Source: an archaeon (GTDB lineage Archaea > Asgardarchaeota > Thorarchaeia > Thorarchaeales > Thorarchaeaceae). From it: a stretch of DNA of 15,015 bases. Shown here piece by piece: positions 1-7,651 of this stretch (its first letter is position 1; the number at the start of each line of letters is the position of its first letter). Both the position numbers and the translations under genes were made by a program. Location of the stretch: NCBI GenBank assembly GCA_024276825.1, contig JAJRWI010000063.1:1-15015 (forward strand), read 5' to 3'. Below the pieces are notes generated by a model that saw only the letters and a list, made by a program, of their open reading frames with translations, had not been told where the DNA came from and did no database searches.

Positions 1-1
1 C

Positions 2-667
2 TTCCTCATTCAGCACAACCTTGCCTCCTATGCAGCTACTCCTGGCACTATATTCCCAGGAATGGGCAATTTTGCCGCTGTCATTCTTGGTCCAGCTGGT
101 GCGCCTCTAGCTTGGTTCCTGATAGCAACTCCACTATATGCTAGTCTACTGGACTCGCCAAGCAATGCATTATGGGTCACAAGACCATTCCATGCAATGG
201 CTATGGACCGAATGTGTCCCGAGATCTTTGCTGATGTCCATCCCAAATATCATGTCCCGCACATCTCCCTGTACTATTGGTTGATAGTGCAGATTGTCAT
301 TGTGTTCACCACACTGTTTTACAATGTATATGTTGCAATCGGTGTGCTGTTCACCTATACATTCATCAGATGGCAATTCACACTGGTTGAGGTATCTCTG
401 CCATACTATCGACCGACATTATGGGAGCGAAGCGGTGCATGGACTATATTGGGCATTCCACTGATCTCGATTGCTGGTATAGTCAGTGGTGCCATATTCT
501 TCTATGCCTTGATTAGCTTCATTCCATCAGCGGGTATAGCATATGAAACTGTGTTTACTGTAGCACTCTACACGTTCGCACAGATCATGTACACCTACTA
601 TGGTGCAAAGAACAAGGCTAAAGGAATTGATATGGCAGCGATATTCGGTCAACTTCCTCCAGAGTAG
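2..667 (+). CDS. APC-family amino acid/polyamine permease, C-terminal part (5'-truncated by window edge)
   Basis: The frame is open from position 2 (FLIQHNLASYAATPGTIFPG-M...), so the ATG at 62 is internal. It has several hydrophobic TM segments, the APC-like segment 'TRPFHAMAMDRMCPEIFADVHPKYHVP' (R..fAma.Dr..P..f..vhp....P), and the C-terminus 'KAKGIDMAAIFGQLPPE' typical of archaeal APC permeases. Confidence 0.85.
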   Translation, partial: FLIQHNLASYAATPGTIFPGMGNFAAVILGPAGAPLAWFLIATPLYASLLDSPSNALWVTRPFHAMAMDRMCPEIFADVHPKYHVPHISLYYWLIVQIVIVFTTLFYNVYVAIGVLFTYTFIRWQFTLVEVSLPYYRPTLWERSGAWTILGIPLISIAGIVSGAIFFYALISFIPSAGIAYETVFTVALYTFAQIMYTYYGAKNKAKGIDMAAIFGQLPPE

Positions 668-681
668 TTTAATTTGATATC

Positions 682-717
682 GGAGAGCATTTTGCTCTCC
701 CTTATTCTCTTTTTTAT
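682..717 (+). terminator. Stem-loop plus T-rich tract downstream of the permease, between convergent genes
   Basis: GGAGAGCA-TTT-TGCTCTCC is a perfect 8-bp stem at 682-700, followed by CTTATTCTCTTTTTTT. Confidence 0.65.
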
Positions 718-735
718 AGTGGACTTATAATAGAA

Positions 736-1665
736 CTAGTCCTCTTCATCTTCAAAATCGAAAATTGGAGGAAATCCGTTTCGAGAGGCCTTACAAACAA
801 ATGGTTCCAGTTTGTCCCAAGAGCGATAGAATCGAGATGGGAATGACCATGGTCGAATAGTCATTAATTCAGGCACATCGTTAGATGATCTATAGAATTC
901 TAGTGCTTTTTTCGCCATTTCAAGAACACGCTTTCTCTCATCATCATCCCACACTTGCTGTCTGAATGTATATGCGTCTTCGTACCATTGGTAGAGAATC
1001 TCATAGTCATCAATGAATATGTTCTCAATAAGCCTCCAGGGCCAGAAAAGAGACATTTGCTCAAGTTGAACACCAGAGCCATAATGATTAATTGCCATTC
1101 CCTCTTTGCAGAAAATATAAACAGGACCTTTCTCACGCCATTTTTTCTCTCGGGGTTTTGTACTAGGCCCGCGATGAATCCAATCATACCAGTGCGCTTG
1201 GTAAGAATCCAGCACATCACAATGGTCCACTATATATTTGACTATTGCACTGGTTCCATGATGAGCAAGTCCTTTCACCATATCACGGCCAATATGTTCT
1301 CTAACAAGTTCTCTTACTCTATCTGCATCATCTTGTGGAAAATATGACCAGATTTGAAAATACTTGTTCTCCTTTAGCTTTTGAAATATAAACAGAATTG
1401 CAGCATTACCAATAGGTTTGAAATCACTTGGCAGTTCCTCATCGAGTGGCCAAGAATTGTCTTCTTTGCAAATAACTACTTCTGAGCAGTCCCAAGAAAT
1501 AACTTCTGACCAGGGGATGTCGTATACAATTGTGTATTTCTTTGTTCTCTTGCGTCGGGGGAGAGTGAATCTTATACCCTGTTGGCCAATTTTGGTTTCC
1601 GCTGTCCTCTTACTATAAGGATCATAGCCAACATAATCAGCTGCAAAATCTCGATGTTCTGCCAT
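736..1665 (-). CDS. Hypothetical soluble protein (309 aa), possibly two tandem PH-like domains
   Basis: Long ORF with GGAG a few nt upstream of the ATG, no TM segment and an acidic tail. It has two segments of the pattern G-[IM]-x-[FI]...PW-x-x-[VI], each followed later by D-D-x-x-x-R-V-x-E helices. Confidence 0.75.
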   Translation of the reverse strand: MAEHRDFAADYVGYDPYSKRTAETKIGQQGIRFTLPRRKRTKKYTIVYDIPWSEVISWDCSEVVICKEDNSWPLDEELPSDFKPIGNAAILFIFQKLKENKYFQIWSYFPQDDADRVRELVREHIGRDMVKGLAHHGTSAIVKYIVDHCDVLDSYQAHWYDWIHRGPSTKPREKKWREKGPVYIFCKEGMAINHYGSGVQLEQMSLFWPWRLIENIFIDDYEILYQWYEDAYTFRQQVWDDDERKRVLEMAKKALEFYRSSNDVPELMTIRPWSFPSRFYRSWDKLEPFVCKASRNGFPPIFDFEDEED

Positions 1666-1825
1666 TGATATTTCTCCGTTCTTTTAGGCTGTATTATGCT
1701 GCTTTTGAAGCCTTCGATTATTAAATCTCATTAATGTCCTCATTAGAAACAACTTAAGTTTAAGAATCTATGAGTAGAAATCTTAATTATATGGCTTGAG
1801 TGCAATTATTTGTGGTTCAGTAATA

Positions 1826-2527
1826 ATGAGTCATAAATTAAAGAAAGCCAAAAAGGAACCTTTGCGAATTGACCTCGATGATTTTGAGTTTGAACCATCG
1901 GGGCTTGATCTAAAATGGAGTAAGAATATCATCACAGTACTTGATGGTTATAGAATTCATCGTTGCTATGACCTTACATTTATCGAGAAGGGAGTTAGTG
2001 AGGGAGAACTCCCCAAGCAGTTTCTTAGACAGTGGAAGATTATTCGTACAGTTCTGCATAAATTTGCTGCAATTGGTCCAGAAGTACCCAATGTTAAAAA
2101 GTGGCTATTAAGAAGGCAGCTTATTCAGTTTTTCTCTCTGGTAACTTTCACAATCGCTTTGCCATTAATTGTCCTAACTTGGGTGTTAAGAATTTACGAT
2201 ATCATGTGGTTTACACTTCCGTTTGCAGCAGTTGGTGGAGGTCTTGTATTCGTTGCATGGACTGTTGGTGCATGGTACAACAGAAAGATTGCATGGGCCA
2301 TTGAACACTATATTCAGGAAAACAAGAACCTGTTGAGAAAAGAGAAGATCCACCTAAAGAAGTGGACGCAAAACCTGATTTGGCACACAGCTAGAATTAT
2401 GAGAAAAGAAGGGGCTGATCCAGAGAAGAATCTCATCAAATTCTTCAATAATGATTACAATGGAATTATCGTGGTCAAAGAACCTAATTGGTATCGAAAG
2501 CATTACACTGTTAAATTGAAGATTTAA
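1826..2527 (+). CDS. Hypothetical membrane protein with two central TM helices and basic soluble flanks
   Basis: ORF track gives 1796..2527 (TTG start). The in-frame ATG at 1826 (MSHKLKK), about 35 nt downstream of TTAATTATA, is the preferred start. Hydrophobic segments are 'FFSLVTFTIALPLIVLTWVL' and 'WFTLPFAAVGGGLVFVAWTVGAWY'. Confidence 0.75.
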   Translation: MSHKLKKAKKEPLRIDLDDFEFEPSGLDLKWSKNIITVLDGYRIHRCYDLTFIEKGVSEGELPKQFLRQWKIIRTVLHKFAAIGPEVPNVKKWLLRRQLIQFFSLVTFTIALPLIVLTWVLRIYDIMWFTLPFAAVGGGLVFVAWTVGAWYNRKIAWAIEHYIQENKNLLRKEKIHLKKWTQNLIWHTARIMRKEGADPEKNLIKFFNNDYNGIIVVKEPNWYRKHYTVKLKI

Positions 2528-2547
2528 TGGGGCTAAAATTAGTCCCA

Positions 2548-3669
2548 TTATTTTTCCATCAATTCTTCAATAGGAGTATATTTTATATCAAATCCAAAAT
2601 GACTGGGACCCAATGCATCAAGTCCGTTTTTGCATCTGAGAATATCAGCTGCGGCAAGGCCTATAACTGCCACAGAATCTCTTTTCTTAATCTCTGTATT
2701 AGTAATGGGCATTCCCGTTTTTGCATCTATGACTTCAATAAGATCAGGGCTTGTTATCCAAGGTTGTTCATCCAACCATGTGATATGATTCTCGTTTTTA
2801 AACCAGATCTTCAGGACTTTGCCCTCATATTCATTTTCACCTTTTATGATAGTTTCACCCCACATATAACCCAACTTGTTTTCCCATGTTTTTTCAGCAA
2901 CTACTCCTTTGAAAAGGATCCATCCTTTCATTTTCTCAGCAATTGCAGCTGCAGGATCTTCATCAGTATTCTTACATTCTCGAATGATTGTTCCGACTTT
3001 CAATGCCATTGATAGAGTGTCTGGAATTATTGTTTCATGAAATTCTTTGCCAGTGATTGGAAATGCCACATTACCCAAACGGCCCCAAGCAACCTCACTA
3101 AGTGCCTTTGATATCTTCTCACCCATTTCGTAATTAATTACTTCACTTACAATTGTACTATTACCATACCAATCCACCAAAGCCATTGGAGCCATTGACT
3201 TCCCAAGCAAGCAGACTGTGTTCTGGCAAATCTCAGGCACAGCTCTACCTGCATAATCACCATCAATACAGAATATCCCATACCTTATGGCTGCATCAAT
3301 TGGTGCTGGCGTGTTCCCTCCTCCAAGTTCAAAAGGTGCCACAGCTTTGAATTTAATATCCATGAACTCTTCAAGAAGTTCGAGACCTCTCATAAGCTCT
3401 TTTCCAAAATAGCTCAGAGGAAATCTGTTTTTCTCTCGTTCAATTTCAGGTGTTGGAGGTGCGATGGTCCCAGAATAGAATGCACATGCAACCCAATCAT
3501 CGTCGCCAATATGACTTGGATCGCTTATTTTAATTTTCAAGTCGGATTCAAGAAGGTCATTAAGAATCTTAACGCCCGACTCTAAGGATCCTCCGCCTCC
3601 AGTTCCGTAGAAAGTACAACCGACAACGAAGTCCTTAACATCTTGTTTATTTTTCAATTCAAAGTCCAT
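2548..3669 (-). CDS. DUF917-family protein (putative hydrolase; paralogue 1)
   Basis: DUF917 motifs: GTGGGG near the N-terminus, PFELGGGN, DGDYAGRAVPE, FKNE, PDLI. The start was moved from 3699 to the ATG at 3669, which is preceded by the RBS-like GGAGTGA. Confidence 0.9.
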   Translation of the reverse strand: MDFELKNKQDVKDFVVGCTFYGTGGGGSLESGVKILNDLLESDLKIKISDPSHIGDDDWVACAFYSGTIAPPTPEIEREKNRFPLSYFGKELMRGLELLEEFMDIKFKAVAPFELGGGNTPAPIDAAIRYGIFCIDGDYAGRAVPEICQNTVCLLGKSMAPMALVDWYGNSTIVSEVINYEMGEKISKALSEVAWGRLGNVAFPITGKEFHETIIPDTLSMALKVGTIIRECKNTDEDPAAAIAEKMKGWILFKGVVAEKTWENKLGYMWGETIIKGENEYEGKVLKIWFKNENHITWLDEQPWITSPDLIEVIDAKTGMPITNTEIKKRDSVAVIGLAAADILRCKNGLDALGPSHFGFDIKYTPIEELMEK

Positions 3670-3754
3670 GATCAGATCACTCCAATGCAGAGTTATCATA
3701 AGTTAAACCGGTTATTAAATATGACTTTAACAGAATTTAATAAATTTACATGAT

Positions 3755-3796
3755 AAAAAGAAAAGGTTGAAGTAGCGAATATCGACTATTCGCTAC
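3755..3796 (-). terminator. Stem-loop plus T-rich tract after the metallophosphoesterase gene
   Basis: GTAGCGAATA-TCGAC-TATTCGCTAC is a perfect 10-bp stem at 3772-3796. On the minus strand it is followed by TTCAACCTTTTCTTTTT and lies 8 nt after the stop at 3805. Confidence 0.7.
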
Positions 3797-3804
3797 AGAT
3801 TAGA

Positions 3805-4746
3805 TTAAAGTTCGACCCGGCCAGCTTGGACCTTACCATCTTCAATTGTTATTACAAATCCCTTCAGGATGCCCTCTCGGTATTCAGAGCCAGGATTGAT
3901 ACACAATGTGCGTCCAATCTTGGTGAATCCAACAGACTCGTGAATATGTCCATGCATGCCTAGAAGTGGTTGGTATTTTTCAATTACAGCTCTGACAGAT
4001 TTACTTCCAACGGGACCTTGTTCTTGATATGCGCCCGTTCGTGCAATGGACATGTCCTTTTGTAAAATTGGTGCTGTATCGAGACCTGAATCATAGGGAG
4101 GATCATGAAAGTTGCAAAGCAGTTTGTCATAATCGCCAGAATCTACCCTAGCAAACTCCTCCTCAAGTTTGTCCATAAGCTCTTCATCAGGACATTCACG
4201 ATGCGTATCCCAAGGCGTAGAGTTGACCCATTCCAGACTGATTAGGGGATATCCATTCAGATCTACAACCCTTTTCAATGGATAAATAATCCTTTCATGA
4301 TTCTTGATAACATCATCAATTATATAATCGTCATCATTGCCCGGATTCACTACAACCTTAACACTTTCGTCAATTTTTTCAGTCGCCAAGTCAAGCCATT
4401 GCTGAAGTCGTTCAATCATTAGTCTATGAAATAGCTCTGTTATGGCACCAGGTGTTTCGCGTAGCTTAGCCAGTTCATCAGGTGTCATAATATACGGATA
4501 AAAGCCTTCATCCATTGTGAATTTAATAAACCGATCGAGGTCTTTCTTTTTCTTAAACACCTTCTTTTTGCCATATGGTTGGGCATACCAGCGGTCTTCC
4601 TTCTCTTGGATAATAGGCATTATCGCTTTGCCAGTAAGGTCTCCGCACATCATAGCAACATCTGCTTTGAAGACCTTTGGTGCTCTACACATCTTTTCCC
4701 AAGTCTGCTGACTTCCATGGGGATCGCAAGCTAGAAAGATTCTCAT
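3805..4746 (-). CDS. Calcineurin-like (Icc-related) metallophosphoesterase
   Basis: All five motifs are present: D-x-H (DPHG), GD (CGDL), GN-x-D (GNDD), H (FHDPP), GH-x-H (HGHIHE), plus a C-terminal 'INPGS'. GAGGT RBS lies upstream of the ATG. Confidence 0.92.
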   Translation of the reverse strand: MRIFLACDPHGSQQTWEKMCRAPKVFKADVAMMCGDLTGKAIMPIIQEKEDRWYAQPYGKKKVFKKKKDLDRFIKFTMDEGFYPYIMTPDELAKLRETPGAITELFHRLMIERLQQWLDLATEKIDESVKVVVNPGNDDDYIIDDVIKNHERIIYPLKRVVDLNGYPLISLEWVNSTPWDTHRECPDEELMDKLEEEFARVDSGDYDKLLCNFHDPPYDSGLDTAPILQKDMSIARTGAYQEQGPVGSKSVRAVIEKYQPLLGMHGHIHESVGFTKIGRTLCINPGSEYREGILKGFVITIEDGKVQAGRVEL

Positions 4747-4821
4747 ATTTGAACCTCAATTATTATTATTTCTTTAAGCTGCAGTAGCAAAACAACTTTA
4801 AGAGTTTAATGGTATGAAAAG

Positions 4822-4851
4822 TCCAACTTTACATAATATATTAAAGTTGGA
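4822..4851. promoter_or_regulatory. Perfect 10-bp inverted repeat (putative operator or back-to-back promoter elements) in the divergent intergenic region
   Basis: TCCAACTTTA-(10 nt)-TAAAGTTGGA is seen directly. It is intergenic if the downstream gene starts at TTG 4883. Confidence 0.5.
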
Positions 4852-4882
4852 AGTGAGTAGTTTATCAGCTGGTGAACTTAGA

Positions 4883-5680
4883 TTGTCGGGTAAGTATGGA
4901 CCAATACTTGATGATTTTCTTGATGAAGCATTAAGGATTGAGAAGGCGGCAGCAGAGAATGATATTCCATTAAGGATTATTGGTTGCCTTGCTTTTCGAT
5001 TAAAATGCCCAGAATATGTGGACCTTCATAAGAAAATGGGGCGTGAAGTCACGGACATTGATTTTATTAGTTATTACAAATATAACAAAAAAGTAAGGAA
5101 TCTTTTCCGAGATGAACTTGGGTATTATTGGGTTCCACCAGGCTTTGCAAGGGCCACAACCCTTAGGGACTTGTTCGTTGATAAAGAGCGGGGAAGAAAG
5201 ATAGATGTGTTTTACGATCAACTAGACTTTTGTCATTTAATCGAGTTTAAGAAGAGAAAACGATTGGACATTGAAAAGCCAACGATTCCTCTTGCTGAAT
5301 TATTCCTTGAAAAGACACAGATAGTCGAGATAAATGCTAAGGATTTGAAGGACCTTGTCATTATGTTTTTGAAATATGATGTTACTTCCGAAGATGATGA
5401 TTCTCAGATTAATGGATATTATATATCGAAGCTTCTTGCAGATGACTGGGGCTTCTATTATACGGTTACTGAAAATATCAAGAAATTCATCAACTTTCTT
5501 GATAGTGTTGAACATCTCACCGAAGAACAGAAGAAACTGATAATGAAACGGGCACTAAAGTTGCGAGTGATGATAGAAGATGAGCCAAAATCGAGGGGGT
5601 GGAAACGAAGAGCACGGATTGGGACAAAGAAGCGCTGGTATAAGATAGTTCATTCAATGGATGGAACAACTAAGCTGTAA
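4883..5680 (+). CDS. Uncharacterised protein with a pol-beta-superfamily nucleotidyltransferase-like N-terminus
   Basis: 'LRIIGCLAFRL...REVTDIDFI' matches hG[GS]xA...DxD, with a third acidic strand 'KIDVF'; C-terminal half is helical. The TTG at 4883 is in frame with the 4814 ORF and preceded by GGTGA (4871-4875), so it is the preferred start. Confidence 0.7.
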   Translation: MSGKYGPILDDFLDEALRIEKAAAENDIPLRIIGCLAFRLKCPEYVDLHKKMGREVTDIDFISYYKYNKKVRNLFRDELGYYWVPPGFARATTLRDLFVDKERGRKIDVFYDQLDFCHLIEFKKRKRLDIEKPTIPLAELFLEKTQIVEINAKDLKDLVIMFLKYDVTSEDDDSQINGYYISKLLADDWGFYYTVTENIKKFINFLDSVEHLTEEQKKLIMKRALKLRVMIEDEPKSRGWKRRARIGTKKRWYKIVHSMDGTTKL

Positions 5681-5710
5681 GGATAATCGCGGAAAGGATG
5701 TGGCGTTCAA

Positions 5711-6829
5711 ATGAAACTGTCTAAGGAAGAAGCACTGGACATGCTCATTGGCGTCGGAATATTCGGGACCGGTGGCGGTGGTGACCCAGAACACTTTGGC
5801 AAGCCAATGATAAATTGGGACTATGACAAGGGCCGAATGTACGAACTCATCGATCCCAAGGACGTTGCTGATGATGCATTCATAACATGTGGTGGCTACA
5901 TGGGTTCTGTTAAGGCCTTTACTTCAATTGGTGATCTTCTTGAAACGTGGGAAGAAAGATATGAACTGTTTGAAACTCTCAAAATAACCGAGTCCATTAC
6001 TGGTAAGAAAGTTAACCATCTGGTACCATTTGAGCTCGGTGGAGTTAATACAACAGTAATGTTGTCCCTAGCCGCAAGGGCCAAAATCACAACAATTGAC
6101 GGTGATGGTCTCGGCAGGTCTGCTCCTGAAACACAGATGATATCATTTGTTGGGTATGACATCTCATTATGTCCAATGCCAGTTGTAACAAGGGGAGGTA
6201 GTATTGTTATTGTAGAGAAAGCTTCAACTCCTGCATTGGCTGACGAGATTGGCAGATTTGCCGTGGTAAATGATGGTGGTGCTGGTGCAAATAATCATTA
6301 CTATCAGACTGGTGCCCAACTGAAGAAGAGTGTGATTCCCAATAGTATCTCGTTATCAATTCAGATTGGGTCAGCTGTGAAGGATGCAAACAAGTCTGGT
6401 AATGATCCAATTGACAGCTTTATTGATATAACAAAGGGCAAGATTCTCGCAAAAGGCACTGTATCAAGTGTTAAGGGTGAGGACAAAGCAGGCCATTGGC
6501 ATGTATTGGCAACAATTGATTCCAAAGATCACGAAGGTGTGATTCAGCTAGTCATCAAGAATGAATACATGATGCTCCTCTGTGATAGCAAACCAGTGGT
6601 CATGTTCCCTGACCTCATTTGTCTTCATTATCCTGACACTGGATATGGAGTCATGAGTGCAGATCTTAGAGAAGGAATGGATGTCGTGATAACTGCAGTT
6701 CCTGCCCATGAACGCCTTAGATATGCTGGATCAACAGAAGTGGGTAAGCAGGCCTTCTCTCCAGAGAGGTATGGATATCCTGAATTGACCTACAAGCCCA
6801 TGGAAGATATCCTAAAGAACCTTCATTAA
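5711..6829 (+). CDS. DUF917-family protein (putative hydrolase; paralogue 2)
   Basis: DUF917 motifs: GTGGGGDP, PFELGGVN, DGDGLGRSAPE, IKNE, PDLI. It starts 30 nt downstream of the NTase-like gene. Confidence 0.9.
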   Translation: MKLSKEEALDMLIGVGIFGTGGGGDPEHFGKPMINWDYDKGRMYELIDPKDVADDAFITCGGYMGSVKAFTSIGDLLETWEERYELFETLKITESITGKKVNHLVPFELGGVNTTVMLSLAARAKITTIDGDGLGRSAPETQMISFVGYDISLCPMPVVTRGGSIVIVEKASTPALADEIGRFAVVNDGGAGANNHYYQTGAQLKKSVIPNSISLSIQIGSAVKDANKSGNDPIDSFIDITKGKILAKGTVSSVKGEDKAGHWHVLATIDSKDHEGVIQLVIKNEYMMLLCDSKPVVMFPDLICLHYPDTGYGVMSADLREGMDVVITAVPAHERLRYAGSTEVGKQAFSPERYGYPELTYKPMEDILKNLH

Positions 6830-6872
6830 GACCAACATCAGAATAAACATATCCTCTATGTGGGGTTTGAAA

Positions 6873-7637
6873 ATGAAGACTATCGGTCTGGTGGGCGCAA
6901 CAGGTCTAGACTGGATGCAAAACGAGAGAAAGTGGCAATTTGTTATTGATAACACTCCTAAAGGCTTTAGGATTAAGAGCTACATTCCAAGATTTGGTAC
7001 TCATAGTATCGAGTCCAGGGTTGATGAAACTTACAATGCACCGTTTATCCTTGAAAAGATTGTAGAAGCCAACAGAGACAAGGTGGATGCAATAGTCATA
7101 GATTGCGTATGTGATCCAATCCTTGATGCAGCTTGCGAGATATCCAATGTTCCTGTAATTGGTCCATTGAATGCTTCGTTGCATGTTGCTCTTACTCTTG
7201 GTAATAGATTTGGAGTGATAACAGTACAAGGTCTTTCATTGATTAAATGTCTTGAAGAAAAAATCCGAAAATATGGACTGAAAGCTTTTCTGGCTGACAT
7301 TGGGTACATAACCATGCCAGTTCTCGAGATTGCAGATAGGCCCAAAGAGGCACAGAATGAGATAATAAGAATTGGCAGTGAGATGGTAGAAAGCACAGGT
7401 GTCGAGATTATAATTCTGGGATGCACTGGACTTTCCCATGAAGTTGACATTAAGAAGATCTCAGAAAAACTAAACTTGCCAGTATTGGATCCATTCATAG
7501 TCGCAGTGAATTATGCTGCATTTCTCGTCAATTCGAATCTCACTCAAAGCAAGATTGCATATCCTATACCCCCAAAGAAGAAGATTACGGAACCTCCAAG
7601 TCTTAAGGACATATTTAATGATGTTCTAAGAGAATAG
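6873..7637 (+). CDS. Asp/Glu/hydantoin racemase family protein (hydantoin/allantoin racemase-like)
   Basis: 'SIES..DE', first catalytic Cys in 'DAIVIDCVCDP', second in 'IILGCTGL', and 'LPVLDP'. The ATG at 6873 follows GGGGT (ORF track start is 6858). Confidence 0.9.
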   Translation: MKTIGLVGATGLDWMQNERKWQFVIDNTPKGFRIKSYIPRFGTHSIESRVDETYNAPFILEKIVEANRDKVDAIVIDCVCDPILDAACEISNVPVIGPLNASLHVALTLGNRFGVITVQGLSLIKCLEEKIRKYGLKAFLADIGYITMPVLEIADRPKEAQNEIIRIGSEMVESTGVEIIILGCTGLSHEVDIKKISEKLNLPVLDPFIVAVNYAAFLVNSNLTQSKIAYPIPPKKKITEPPSLKDIFNDVLRE

Positions 7638-7651
7638 AAACCCAAAACAAG

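Noticed and set aside
2527-3012. 161-aa plus-strand ORF, and similar antisense or alternate-frame ORFs (955..1347, 900..1220, 7031..7498, 6906..7229, 10688..10996 and others)
   Set aside because: They overlap well-supported genes almost entirely and carry no recognisable motifs, so they are treated as shadow ORFs.
4883-5680. AbiEii toxin or CBASS-type defence system
   Set aside because: There is no adjacent antitoxin/HTH or effector gene, and the context is metabolic (co-oriented with DUF917 and the racemase). It cannot be fully excluded without a profile search.
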